From positions 186,001 to 250,000 of IMG/VR virus record IMGVR_UViG_3300047322_001237: a stretch of DNA of 64,000 bases; one strand, 5' to 3'. The notes beneath the pieces are model-generated. The model saw only the letters and a list, made by a program, of their open reading frames with translations, ran no database searches and was not told the origin of the DNA. Position 1 is the stretch's first letter, and each line of letters opens with the position of its first letter. Below are positions 20,518 through 30,328 of this stretch, in pieces. The position numbers and the translations under genes are program-made.

Positions 20518-20538
20518 GATGTCAGGTCGTGAGTGTGG

Positions 20539-21822
20539 TTAAGCGAACTGCCGAAGCGATGCGGCTCGTACGAAGAGGTCGTTGTTCGCGATGGTTTCGA
20601 GTTCGCGCTGCAACTTCTCTTGCGAGATACGACGGCGACGAACAGGCGAGAGGAAGTCACGCACATAGCCGAGCAGCTGCTGGCGGTCTTTCACGCCCGC
20701 AATGACTTCGTCGATCACCGTGAGGTCTTCGGTGTACGAGGCGATCTGTTCTTCCGTCAACTTCTTGCTCTTCATGGCTTCGACGAGCTGGTCGCGCACG
20801 CGGCCAAAGCGCACCTTGGAAAGTGCGTAGACGTCTTCTTCCACCTCCAGTGAGTCGGACGCGCACATGAGGAAGCACAGGACCCAGCTGACACCGTAGG
20901 TAAGCGGGCCGGCCGCCATCAGGGCGAGCTTCACGGCTTCCATGAACAGGTACGAGACCGTGCTGCGGTACTGGATGTGACCAAAGTCGCGCATGAGCTT
21001 GTCCAGTGCGGTGACGATGTCACGGCCTGCGCCATGGCGTGCAGCGAACTGGTCAGCCAGCACCTCGAAGCTGTTCATGTCGTAGAGCGACGTGCCCAAT
21101 TCCGATTCAATTTCGCGTGCGATGTTGGAGACGACGACGGTCTCGATCACCTTCTTGTCCGAGGACTTGGCGAGCGCTTCCGCGTCGAGGTCCTTCAGGC
21201 CCGCGGCATCCTTTACCTTCACCAGCACGGCTTCACGATCTTTGACGTTGCCCGATTGGTCCAGCTTCTTCGAGAGGCCGGCCAGGATCTGGTTGGTCGA
21301 GAGCGTTGCGCTGATCAGCTCGAAGTAGCCGAAGACGTGACCGAGTTCGTGCAAGACTGTCGATGCGACTTCAGCCGGCGTGAGCCGCTTGCGGAATTGC
21401 AAGTCCACCGGCATGTACATCGTGCTTTCGACGTTGCTGAACACGCCTGATACACGGCCGTTCTTGCGGTCCACGCGACCGAGCGGACGTGACTTCGCGT
21501 CGGCGATCAACTTGTCGCCGTCGGTGTTCGGCAGATATTGCTGACGAACCCAGTCCGCCCAGCAGCTAAGCAGCGGGTTGTTCTTGTTGATGAACGGCGG
21601 CATCACCGCGGGGCCCGAATCTCCCCACATGACCCGAACGTTCATTCCAGTGTAGTGGGTGATCAGCGTCGACAGCTGCTGCGCTGCCGGATGGTCCGGG
21701 AGGGATTCAGCGCTCAGGTCGCTCAGTTCGGTGAAGATCCCGGTCAACTCGCGGAAGAATGCGCCCGACTGGAAATCGATACCTTCCGTCGCGATCGCAA
21801 GCGTGCGTTTTTTCAGCCACAT
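20539..21822 (-). CDS. Virion protein with zinc-metallopeptidase-like motif
   Basis: LHELGH (HExxH) and distal FEVLADQFA (ExxAD); N-terminal IATE motif; GAGG RBS. Confidence 0.65.
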   Translation of the reverse strand: MWLKKRTLAIATEGIDFQSGAFFRELTGIFTELSDLSAESLPDHPAAQQLSTLITHYTGMNVRVMWGDSGPAVMPPFINKNNPLLSCWADWVRQQYLPNTDGDKLIADAKSRPLGRVDRKNGRVSGVFSNVESTMYMPVDLQFRKRLTPAEVASTVLHELGHVFGYFELISATLSTNQILAGLSKKLDQSGNVKDREAVLVKVKDAAGLKDLDAEALAKSSDKKVIETVVVSNIAREIESELGTSLYDMNSFEVLADQFAARHGAGRDIVTALDKLMRDFGHIQYRSTVSYLFMEAVKLALMAAGPLTYGVSWVLCFLMCASDSLEVEEDVYALSKVRFGRVRDQLVEAMKSKKLTEEQIASYTEDLTVIDEVIAGVKDRQQLLGYVRDFLSPVRRRRISQEKLQRELETIANNDLFVRAASLRQFA

Positions 21823-21948
21823 GGCGTGCGTCCTCTAAGGGGGAAGTGAAAACTAACCTAGGCTCCCCATGCTGTGTATTCAGCCAGGAGTCGCTAGTGG
21901 TCATAGTGATTACTGGGCTTTCCCTCACGAATTCCCAGCATCGCCACC

Positions 21949-23766
21949 ATGTCAAACGCAGCAAACCAGCAGGACATCAAGGGCTACGAATGTAAGCACG
22001 TGGTCTATTGCCCGCCTCCTAAATACGAACGCGGCGACTATCACCTCGTAAAAGAAATCATCCACTTTAAGGACGGCACGACCAAACCGAATGTCCGGAT
22101 GCTCAAGGACTACAAGCGTGACTTCTACGTGACGAAGAAGGGCTACCGCACGCACCAGGACAAGAAGGAGTGGGAGAAGATCGAACGCCTGGATAAGTTC
22201 CAGTCGACGCAGTCAGAGCTGAACTTCTCGATCGCGAAGGCGCTCGGGATGGCGGGCATGAAGGGTGATCCGCGCGTGATGAAGCGCTCGCCCTATCTAT
22301 ACGGTAGCGACATCCTGTCCACGTGCGTCATCAAGAAGATGTACATGGACAAGTTCCCCGACCTGAACACGCAGTACAGCGTGGCGTCTTTCGACATTGA
22401 GGCGGACGTGGTCGAGGGCGAGAACGACATCATCATGGCGACGCTCTCGTTCAAGGACCGTGTCTTCACGGCTATCCAGAAGCGTTACCTCGCCGGCACC
22501 CATCAAGCCGTCGAGAAGCTGCAGCAGAAGTTCAACCACTATATCGGTGACGTCTACGCCGATCGCAACATCAAGTGGGAAGTGCTGGAAGTCGACCGCG
22601 CAGTCGACATCGTGATCGAGTGCTTCAAGCGCGCGCACGAGTGGAAGCCGGATTTCGTGGCGATCTGGAACATCGCTTACGACATGAAGATGATGCTGAC
22701 GTGCTTGGAGAAAGCAGGGTACCGGCCGGAAGACGTCTTCAGTGATCCGGCGGTGCCGCTCAGGTACCGACACTTCAACTTCAAGCTGGGTCCGAACATG
22801 AAGGTGACGGCATCGGGCAAGAAGAGTCCGATTCCGCCGCAGGCTCAGTGGCACACGGTCTTCTGTCCAGCGAGCTTCTACTTCATCGATGCGATGTGCG
22901 TGTACTGGAACCTGCGAAGCCAGAAGGGCAAGGACCCGTCGTACTCGCTGGACTTCATCCTGCGCAAGACCTTTAAAGACAAGATCCGGAAGTTGAAGTT
23001 CGAGGAGGGTGCACACCTTCGCGGGATCGACTGGCACCAGTTCATGCAGAAGCACTACAAGCTCGAATACGTGATCTACAACGTGTTCGACTGCGTGTCG
23101 ATGGAGCTGCTCGACGAGGCAACGAAGGATCTGCAGCTGACCATGCCGAGCTTCGCCGGTTGGACTGACTTCTGCAACTTCAACTCACAGCCGCGGCGAC
23201 TGGTCGACAAGCTGCACTACTACTGTCTGGAAGAGGCGGAAGAGAAGCGGGTGATCGGCAGCACTTCGGACGAGATGAAAACGGAGTTGGACGATCTCAC
23301 GCTCGGTCTGAACAACTGGATCGTGACCTTGCCGGCTCACCTGGTTGCGGACAACGGTCTCTGCATCATCGAAGAGAACGACATGCTTCGGACCAACATT
23401 CGCGGGCACGTGGGCGATCTGGACGTGTCGGCTTCCTACCCGAATGGGGAGTGCGTGTTCAACATCTCGAAGGAGACCACGTACAAGGAGCTGTGCAAGA
23501 TCCAGGGCGTCAGTGAACGGACGCAGCGTTTGCAGGGCATCAACCTGTCCGGCGGCGCAACGAATGCCGTGGAGTTCGCTTGTGAGATGTTTGGCATGCC
23601 GACGCTGGATCAATGGCTCGAGGCCTTCGCAGAGACGCAGGGTCAGCAGTTCGAGATCCCGAAGTACACGAAGCTCATCAGTCGTATCGACACCGTCTCC
23701 ACAGCAGGCGAGGACTTCTACGACGATGACGAAGATGAAGACGACGAAGACGAATCAGATTTCTAA
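21949..23766 (+). CDS. Split family-B DNA polymerase, N-terminal half (3'-5' exonuclease plus motif A; phiKZ gp82-like)
   Basis: ExoI SFDIEAD, ExoII WNIAYD, ExoIII YNVFDC, motif A DLDVSASYPN; motifs B and C not seen; acidic tail. Confidence 0.85.
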   Translation: MSNAANQQDIKGYECKHVVYCPPPKYERGDYHLVKEIIHFKDGTTKPNVRMLKDYKRDFYVTKKGYRTHQDKKEWEKIERLDKFQSTQSELNFSIAKALGMAGMKGDPRVMKRSPYLYGSDILSTCVIKKMYMDKFPDLNTQYSVASFDIEADVVEGENDIIMATLSFKDRVFTAIQKRYLAGTHQAVEKLQQKFNHYIGDVYADRNIKWEVLEVDRAVDIVIECFKRAHEWKPDFVAIWNIAYDMKMMLTCLEKAGYRPEDVFSDPAVPLRYRHFNFKLGPNMKVTASGKKSPIPPQAQWHTVFCPASFYFIDAMCVYWNLRSQKGKDPSYSLDFILRKTFKDKIRKLKFEEGAHLRGIDWHQFMQKHYKLEYVIYNVFDCVSMELLDEATKDLQLTMPSFAGWTDFCNFNSQPRRLVDKLHYYCLEEAEEKRVIGSTSDEMKTELDDLTLGLNNWIVTLPAHLVADNGLCIIEENDMLRTNIRGHVGDLDVSASYPNGECVFNISKETTYKELCKIQGVSERTQRLQGINLSGGATNAVEFACEMFGMPTLDQWLEAFAETQGQQFEIPKYTKLISRIDTVSTAGEDFYDDDEDEDDEDESDF

Positions 23767-23775
23767 AGAGAGCGA

Positions 23776-24060
23776 ATGATGAAGAAGTTGATTGACATCC
23801 CCATGCGGGATCTGGAGGACCTGTTGGACTGGCACGCGGGCCAGGCGGAACGCTACGAAAAGCTTGAGAAGCATCACGCCGAGAAGTACGCGGCGTTTCC
23901 TAAGCACGGCGGAAGCCTGATCCGTGGCGATCAGCAGCGAGCAACCTTCCACCGACGAGCGGTGAAGATTGTCGCTTCCGCGCTGGATGACCGCGCGCGC
24001 GTGCAGTGCAAGAAGAACTGCACGGTGCCTGCCGGCCAGACGTGCTGCACTGCCCGCTGA
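23776..24060 (+). CDS. Hypothetical protein
   Basis: 94 aa directly after polymerase, AGAGAG RBS. Confidence 0.55.
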   Translation: MMKKLIDIPMRDLEDLLDWHAGQAERYEKLEKHHAEKYAAFPKHGGSLIRGDQQRATFHRRAVKIVASALDDRARVQCKKNCTVPAGQTCCTAR

Positions 24061-24075
24061 CAGAGGAGCATTACC

Positions 24076-24234
24076 ATGAACGTTCGTGTCCACATGCGAG
24101 ATCTGGTCACGTGGGACTATCAGAAAGTCGGCAGTGTACTTAATCTTGACCACGTCGAGGTGCTCGATCTGAACGGCGAAGTGCTCGCTTGCTTTCAGAA
24201 GAGTGACGTCTCGTGGATCGAAATCCGCGTCTGA
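24076..24234 (+). CDS. Small hypothetical protein (52 aa)
   Basis: Below ORF-track cutoff; GAGGAG RBS; MNVRVHMRDLVTWDYQKVG... Confidence 0.55.
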   Translation: MNVRVHMRDLVTWDYQKVGSVLNLDHVEVLDLNGEVLACFQKSDVSWIEIRV

Positions 24235-24253
24235 AGCAAAAAAAATAGACACT

Positions 24254-24287
24254 CATATCGGGAGGGCTTTCGCCCTCCCTTTATGCC
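24254..24287. terminator. Repeated bidirectional terminator element
   Basis: CATATCGGGAGGGC-TTTC-GCCCTCCCTTTATGCC; same arms at 32810-32843. Confidence 0.75.
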
Positions 24288-24292
24288 TTAGC

Positions 24293-24598
24293 TTAATCGT
24301 CCATGCCGATGTAGGAGCCGTTGGGCGTCATCACGGGCCTGCCACCGACGTAGGAGCCGTCGGGAGCCATCGTCGGCCTCCCGCTGACATAGGAGCCGTC
24401 CGGTGCCATGGTCGGCATGCCGCCAACGTAGCTTCCATTGGGCGCCATCGTAGGCCTGCCGCTAACGTAGGAACCATCCGGCGCCATCACCGGCGTTCCG
24501 TTGACATAGCTACCGTCTGGCGCCATCGTCATTTGAGCGAAGGCAGCAGGAGCTGCAGCGAGCAATACCACCGTGCACAGCGACGACAAAAGTTTCAT
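24293..24598 (-). CDS. Secreted tandem-repeat protein
   Basis: Signal peptide (...AAAPAAFA|Q) followed by six ~13-aa xPTMAPDGSYVxG repeats. Confidence 0.8.
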   Translation of the reverse strand: MKLLSSLCTVVLLAAAPAAFAQMTMAPDGSYVNGTPVMAPDGSYVSGRPTMAPNGSYVGGMPTMAPDGSYVSGRPTMAPDGSYVGGRPVMTPNGSYIGMDD

Positions 24599-24772
24599 GG
24601 TTCTCTCCGTGTAAGTCTTGGGTTAGTGAAACGCGGGTGTGACACCCTCGGCAGTCTGGTTATCGGCAATCTCGCCGTTCGACTTGAGCCGACTTTCAGA
24701 CCGCCAGGGATTCGGGGATGACGAATACAGACATACGCCCCGGGCGAACGCCCGGGGTCTGAAACACCTGAC

Positions 24773-25333
24773 TTAGGCGCGGATCTTCGCTTCGAGGTCT
24801 GACCACGTGGATTTTTGACCGTCGTACTTCTTGTTCCAGAGCGCAACAATCACGTTCTGGAAATCCACTCCACCTTCCTTAGCGGTTTGGAGCAACCGTT
24901 TCTCGGCAGCTTTCCCCGCGCGATAGGTGTTGTTGTCGTCCGAGTAGTCGTAAAACCAGTCGTGACGTTCAAGCTCCGCTTCGAAGAGGTCGACCGGTCG
25001 CATGTACTTCATCTTCACGCGGAGAATCTCTGCCTTCTGCGATTCGATGTCGCGCCGGAGGCGATCCAGTTCTGGCTGCATTTCAGCCTTCAGCGTCTGG
25101 CGGAGCTGCAGTTCGTGCTTGCGCTTGATCGCCCAGCGGTGCAGGTCAACACCTTGCTTGCCGAGCAGTTCCGCACGGCGGGCAAACTCCGGCTCCTTCT
25201 TCAACGCGAGCATGTAGTCCGCATAGTTGTCGCACTCGAACGACCAGACGTGCGACCAGAGATCTTCATTGAACTGGTTGAGGTCCGCTTCGTATTGGAC
25301 GCGGTCAAACTTCTTCGGCTCTTGATTGGCCAT
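24773..25333 (-). CDS. Hypothetical early protein (coiled-coil; FEAELERHDWFYDYSDD motif)
   Basis: Start MANQEPK with GAGG RBS, downstream of promoter motif at 25394. Confidence 0.7.
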   Translation of the reverse strand: MANQEPKKFDRVQYEADLNQFNEDLWSHVWSFECDNYADYMLALKKEPEFARRAELLGKQGVDLHRWAIKRKHELQLRQTLKAEMQPELDRLRRDIESQKAEILRVKMKYMRPVDLFEAELERHDWFYDYSDDNNTYRAGKAAEKRLLQTAKEGGVDFQNVIVALWNKKYDGQKSTWSDLEAKIRA

Positions 25334-25393
25334 GGTGAGATAACCTCGGTTAAACGACACGTGTCCAGATCACTATTGATCTAGCTCAGCGTG

Positions 25394-25401
25394 GTCATAT
25401 A
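25394..25401 (-). promoter_or_regulatory. Candidate phage early promoter TATATGAC
   Basis: One of seven YATATSAC-N5-YGA sites upstream of minus-strand genes. Confidence 0.55.
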
Positions 25402-25457
25402 GGTCTGAGAAAAAATAGAAACGGCATAGGAGGCGGGGCAATCCCCGCCTCGAAGCG

Positions 25458-26270
25458 TTACTGCGTGAGTGCCTTGTAGGCGGCAGCCATCCGGGTGTCG
25501 TAACCCTGCTGGTTCTTGCCGTTGTACTGAACAGCAAAGGATGTCCAGTCACGCTTGCGCAGCGCGATGACCATGCCGCCAGCGTTCTCGTCCTGCACGT
25601 AGTTGACGAAGGCGTCGAGCTGATTGGCCTCGCTCTCACACATGGCGGCGACGAATGCCTCGACGGACGTGAAGCCCGCCTGAATGTAGTTGAAGCCCAT
25701 GATCTGGAACAGGCCCCAGGATGCGGAGCGCATCGCGAGTCCTGGCGCGAGGCCGATCCCGGATGCCATGGTCTCGGCCTGAGTCAAGCGACTCCATTCG
25801 CTCTCGCCGCCGATGTAGCCGCCAGGCTGCGGATTCACGATGTTGGGGAACTGTGCGACGAGGTTGTCGACCGTCGTTTGCGGGAGCACGGTCAGGAGGG
25901 CTGCGTAGAACTTGTGGCGCTCGAAAAGGATCGCGCACTTGCCGTTATCGAAGAAGCCCGCGCCTTTCGTTTCGACGTTACAGACGGTGGTCACGGTCGC
26001 GACATCGAGACCCAGTGTCGTTGCGGCTTTCTGAATCGCAGCAAGGTTCAGGTACTTCTGAGCGATGAACGGGTCAAGCAAGGCCTGTGTCGCAGCGTCA
26101 TAAATGCCGGTCACGGGCAGGTTGCTTTTCGACTGGAAAACCGTGAGCGCCGTGACAGACCTCGGACCAAACTGGCCGTCGATGACGAGGCTCGATCCTG
26201 CTTTTTCGTTGAGGGCGCGTTGAATGAGTTTGGCTTTTGCGGCGGTCGTATTGGGAGGCAGTGCGCTCAT
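25458..26270 (-). CDS. Modular endolysin: peptidoglycan-binding domain plus N-acetylmuramidase (DUF3380 family)
   Basis: IQRALN...IDGQFGP...ALTVFQ...TGIYD; catalytic region VETKGAGF...ILFERHKFY...SASWGLFQIMGFNY. Confidence 0.88.
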   Translation of the reverse strand: MSALPPNTTAAKAKLIQRALNEKAGSSLVIDGQFGPRSVTALTVFQSKSNLPVTGIYDAATQALLDPFIAQKYLNLAAIQKAATTLGLDVATVTTVCNVETKGAGFFDNGKCAILFERHKFYAALLTVLPQTTVDNLVAQFPNIVNPQPGGYIGGESEWSRLTQAETMASGIGLAPGLAMRSASWGLFQIMGFNYIQAGFTSVEAFVAAMCESEANQLDAFVNYVQDENAGGMVIALRKRDWTSFAVQYNGKNQQGYDTRMAAAYKALTQ

Positions 26271-26384
26271 GGTGGTCCAGTCCTGTGAGTATGCGGCGTT
26301 AAACCTCCACCCCAGAAGCCCAATACGTCGGGCCTCCGGAGCGAAGGTCGTCACAGGATGGATGTGCGACTTTTGAAGCGAGAC

Positions 26385-27161
26385 TTACTTGCCGAAGTAA
26401 GCCGTGAGACGGGTGCGGCCCTTCTCGGTCAGACCGTACTGAAGCAGCGGCTGGAAGTCGACTTGCTTCAGGACTGCTTGGCGCGACTTCGGATCGGCGA
26501 GCGTTTTGAGCAGCGTCACGATCTTCTCGAAGCCCTTGCGATGCTCTTTCGAGAGCGGCACGTGCTGCACGAAGCGGAACACGTGCGTCTCGCGCAGCGC
26601 GCCTTCACGGTGATGATGGAAGAGGGCGAGGATGGCGGTGAGCGTCGGGCGGAAGTCGGCTTCCAGGTTATTGATCGCCGAGATGAGCGCCTGGTAGAAG
26701 TTCACCTGCTGCTGCGTGCCGTCCTTGACCGAGACCGGCATGCCGGGCTTCATCTTGTCCAGGTACTCGTTGATCGTGTTCAGAACGATCTTCGCCGGAA
26801 TCGATGCATCCTTCATCAGGTTCTCGATCTGACGCTTCACTTCTTCGGCCGTGCTGGTCGCACCGACCACGGCTACGTTCACGACGGGCGCTTGCTGCAC
26901 AGCGGGTGCGGCGGGTGCCGGAGCCGGTGCCACGACAGGAGCCGGGGTGACGAGCGTGCCCGTGGCGCTACCGGTTGCCGCTGCCGCGCTGGCTGCCGCC
27001 TTTTCTGCACTTGCTGTAGCGTCTTCCTGGGTCGCTGCACCGGTCGTCTGCTGCGCAACTTCCTGCGTGATCGCGGGCGTCGTCGGCGCTTCCTGCGACG
27101 GTGCGGAGGACGCGCCTGCTGCGTCTTGCTGGTCCTGTTGGTTCTCTTGAGCGTCGCTCAT
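26385..27161 (-). CDS. Virion-associated protein with low-complexity N-terminus
   Basis: Ala/Gln/Thr/Pro-rich N-third plus helical C-domain; follows the vRNAP gene. Confidence 0.65.
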   Translation of the reverse strand: MSDAQENQQDQQDAAGASSAPSQEAPTTPAITQEVAQQTTGAATQEDATASAEKAAASAAAATGSATGTLVTPAPVVAPAPAPAAPAVQQAPVVNVAVVGATSTAEEVKRQIENLMKDASIPAKIVLNTINEYLDKMKPGMPVSVKDGTQQQVNFYQALISAINNLEADFRPTLTAILALFHHHREGALRETHVFRFVQHVPLSKEHRKGFEKIVTLLKTLADPKSRQAVLKQVDFQPLLQYGLTEKGRTRLTAYFGK

Positions 27162-27186
27162 GGTGGTTTCCTTTTGAGGTGGAAGT

Positions 27187-28509
27187 TTAGAAAAGGGCGG
27201 TCTTGTAATTCATGCGAGCCACCTGCAACGCGGTCCCGTGCATTTTCTTCATAAATAGAAGCAGGAACGTGTTTCCGTAGCCCGCGATCGCGGCGGAGAG
27301 GGCTGTGGGACTGAGCGCGAGCTTGTCGCCTACGCATACAGCGCAGTAGTCGGTCTTTTCCAGCTTGCAAAACATGGAGCTGCGCAAGAGGATTTTCTTG
27401 CCCATGTACTTGCCTGCGGCTTCCAAATCCGGGACCTTCTCGTGACCGTCTTGCGTCACGACGGAGAAACCCGGCAGCTTGTGGATGGAGTCGTTGTCTA
27501 CAAAGATCTCCAGGCCGAGACGAGCGCCGCAATCTTCCTGCGTCACCGTCATGTTCGACGAAGCACGCAGCAGCCACTTCACAGCCTCACCGCCAAGCAT
27601 GGTTTCCGCACCACGATTGAACGAGCCTGCCCGCAAGGAGTTGTTCATCGCCGGGAACTTGGTGATGTCCCAACCTTCGGCGAGCGAGTTCGTCACCAGG
27701 TCAACCTGAACGCCATCGCCCAATCCGGCTTCCGCACCGTGCATCAGGAATAGCTTCGAGCGGACGACGTCGTAGGATTTCCCCGTGATGAGGAAGTTGG
27801 CGCCCTCGTCGTCCTTCAAGTATTCCTTGTCGTACGCGATGAGCTTCTTCATGATGCTGGCGATGACGGCCGGATCGTTCAACCGGTCCTTGTTCTCTTC
27901 CAGCAGCTTCTTGCGCAGCTCGAAGATGCCGGGCGGCGCCTGCATCGTCTTGCGCGTCACGGCGGGCACACACAGCTGCGTGAAGCCAGCAAGGTAGAAC
28001 ATCGCGTCACAGAACTTCAGGTACTCGCTGACATAAAGCGGCGCGTTTCGGTCGCCTTCGTTCGGCGCTGTCTCGCCCGGCTTCAGGTCGTCGACCATTC
28101 GGCCGAGCACGTAGGCCTCGAGCTTCTCTGCGTTCACACGGCCCGTCAGGAACTCGACCTTCTTGCCGAATGGCCAGATGATCGCGGTGAAGTTGAAGAG
28201 CACGTTTCCGTAAGTCGTCTTCACGTCAGCGTAGACGTTCGGAACCTCGCCTTCCTTCAGATCGATGTGGTCCTTGATCTTGAGCGGCGGTTCTTTCGGG
28301 TCCGCGTCCTCGATCAAGGTCAGCGCATTGCCCTTCTCAGGATCCACAAAGAAATGTCCAGAAGGTGTCTGGACGATCCTGTACGGATATGGGTCGGACT
28401 TCCATGCCTCCATGCCTTCACGAATCAAGCTGAACGCCGAGATCACCCACGCGCGCCGTCGATACTCATCGGCCTGCATGGCCTTGAGGAAGAATGTCCG
28501 CTTATCCAT
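27187..28509 (-). CDS. Virion RNA polymerase beta' subunit, C-terminal part (phiKZ gp80-like)
   Basis: NSLAEGW...AGSFNRGAET...VTQEDCG...RSSMFC...CAVCVG Zn-site pattern; start MDKRTFF overlaps upstream stop. Confidence 0.8.
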   Translation of the reverse strand: MDKRTFFLKAMQADEYRRRAWVISAFSLIREGMEAWKSDPYPYRIVQTPSGHFFVDPEKGNALTLIEDADPKEPPLKIKDHIDLKEGEVPNVYADVKTTYGNVLFNFTAIIWPFGKKVEFLTGRVNAEKLEAYVLGRMVDDLKPGETAPNEGDRNAPLYVSEYLKFCDAMFYLAGFTQLCVPAVTRKTMQAPPGIFELRKKLLEENKDRLNDPAVIASIMKKLIAYDKEYLKDDEGANFLITGKSYDVVRSKLFLMHGAEAGLGDGVQVDLVTNSLAEGWDITKFPAMNNSLRAGSFNRGAETMLGGEAVKWLLRASSNMTVTQEDCGARLGLEIFVDNDSIHKLPGFSVVTQDGHEKVPDLEAAGKYMGKKILLRSSMFCKLEKTDYCAVCVGDKLALSPTALSAAIAGYGNTFLLLFMKKMHGTALQVARMNYKTALF

Positions 28510-29359
28510 GTTTGATGCCTGTTGTTTCCTTGATCTCGCACTTGAGCAACAAGTCACCGATTGCGATGTCGGCCTTGGTCAGGAGATCGAGGTCGTTGAT
28601 GAAGTCCTCGATGTGCGCCTTGATGATGGCGCGAGGATTTTCGTATCCGTCGGTCGAGATGATCGCCATCGACACGAGGTTGGCTGCGATGTTCTGCACC
28701 GGCATCCCTTCGAACGCACGGCCCACGAGATTCGCGTAGATCGTGAACGGATAGCCGAAATCGACCCCGCTCGCGATGTAGTGGTCCATGATGAGGTCGA
28801 GGCCACCGACGTGATTCTTGAAGCGTCGATAGGCGTCGAGGTACTTCTCGCGAACTGTCGAGTGCTCGTCCGGTTCCTCAAGCTCAACGCGCTCGTTTGT
28901 TACTTCGATGATCTTTTGGATCGTCCGCTGACTCACGCCGTGGATGTCCACCAACAGTTCTTCTGCAGTGTGGCTGGTCGTGACGGAGAGGATTTCGGCG
29001 AGCAGCTCTTCCGGGTGCAGATCCATCGCGCAGTGCTGCAGGATGATGCGCGGATCCTGATACGACTCGATCGCGTGAAGTCCGGTGAGCAGCGTGGTCA
29101 GGTGACTGACCCGCGCGTCTTCGCTCGGCTCGACACCCATTGCCTTGAGCAAGGTGACGAGAATCTCCCGTGTCGTGTCGTAGATGTGCTGGACGGTCTG
29201 ACCTTGATCGGTCCCGTCGTCCGTCATCAGGATCTCAACGAAGTCATCTGAATAGTCCGGCAACTGCAGCGCATCGAGTGCCGCGTGTGCTTCTTCAATT
29301 GTTTGGGTGAATTCGGGCGAGGCGGCTCCCGCCAGATAGTCCCGCAGAATGTCAATCAT
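28502..29359 (-). CDS. Conserved jumbo-phage protein (gp79-like by position)
   Basis: Start MIDILRDY; coupled to the vRNAP gene. Confidence 0.65.
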   Translation of the reverse strand: MIDILRDYLAGAASPEFTQTIEEAHAALDALQLPDYSDDFVEILMTDDGTDQGQTVQHIYDTTREILVTLLKAMGVEPSEDARVSHLTTLLTGLHAIESYQDPRIILQHCAMDLHPEELLAEILSVTTSHTAEELLVDIHGVSQRTIQKIIEVTNERVELEEPDEHSTVREKYLDAYRRFKNHVGGLDLIMDHYIASGVDFGYPFTIYANLVGRAFEGMPVQNIAANLVSMAIISTDGYENPRAIIKAHIEDFINDLDLLTKADIAIGDLLLKCEIKETTGIKHG

Positions 29360-29521
29360 AGATGGCGAGTCCCGCAATAAGAAAATACCGACGGTATTAA
29401 TGCTGTAGCGAAAACCATCGACGCCAACCCGATCTCTTTTTGATCGAGCCAGGGAATTTGGAAACGGTCAAATAATGGATCGCAGAAACAGTACAACTAA
29501 CTTTCTCAGGATGTTTCACTC

Positions 29522-30301
29522 ATGACCAAGAAGAGCCAAGCGCGCATTCAGCGCGACATCGCAGAAGGCAAGCGCAAGCCGGCCATGCGTTCGGTAAACA
29601 TGGCAATGAACCAGCCGATCAAGCCGACGCAGAAGGCTGATGGCTCGTTCTCGATGTCCGCAGCAGATCGCATTCTCGCCGAATGCCGGACCGGCGCTAA
29701 CACCAACAAGGAAGCGAACACCTGCTGGAACGACCTGATCGGCGTCTATCAGCAGATGTCGGGCATGCTGCTTCGTCACACCGACATCTCGTTGGTCTTG
29801 AACGACGCCGACCTGATGTCCTTCATCGAAGACAAGGACACGTTCAAGACCAACGTCCGTCAGTTCGCGAGCGACCTGCGCCAGTTGAGCGACGAGCTGC
29901 AACAGCTGCGCGCGCTGCACAACGGCAAGACGGGCGGCAGCGATGATCCGGAAGAAGTGCTGCACTCGATCCACATCTTCGAGCAGTACAACCTGTGGAT
30001 GACGAAGCACGACGGCGTGCTCATGCCGACGGTCTACCACATCCTTGAAGCGACGAATCAGGCTGAACTCGCTCGCGGTCGGGCTCGCGCCGCAGACGGT
30101 CAACTCAACGGCGATGCACCGGAACTCGCAGTCGATCCCGCTGTGCTCGACGTGAACCAGATCACCGACGTCACCTTCAACGACGACAACGTGGGCCAAG
30201 TCGTCGGCGTGCCGGATACGAAGGGACTCGTCGAAGCAGCGGTCGAATCTGGTCTCGCAGCCGAGAAGGCCGGTCGCGAAGGCAACTTCGAAATCGTCTA
30301 A
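29522..30301 (+). CDS. Conserved jumbo-phage hypothetical protein
   Basis: 259 aa helical; AGGA RBS. Confidence 0.65.
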   Translation: MTKKSQARIQRDIAEGKRKPAMRSVNMAMNQPIKPTQKADGSFSMSAADRILAECRTGANTNKEANTCWNDLIGVYQQMSGMLLRHTDISLVLNDADLMSFIEDKDTFKTNVRQFASDLRQLSDELQQLRALHNGKTGGSDDPEEVLHSIHIFEQYNLWMTKHDGVLMPTVYHILEATNQAELARGRARAADGQLNGDAPELAVDPAVLDVNQITDVTFNDDNVGQVVGVPDTKGLVEAAVESGLAAEKAGREGNFEIV

Positions 30302-30328
30302 GTCTCCATTCAAGAAAGAGAGGTTGTT

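Noticed and set aside
21949-23766. Polymerase lacking motifs B and C as a pseudogene
   Set aside because: A split PolB is the norm in phiKZ-like phages; the other half is expected beyond the chimallin gene
24310-24530. 39-nt periodic repeat as a CRISPR array
   Set aside because: In-frame coding repeats with synonymous variation, no spacers and no cas genes
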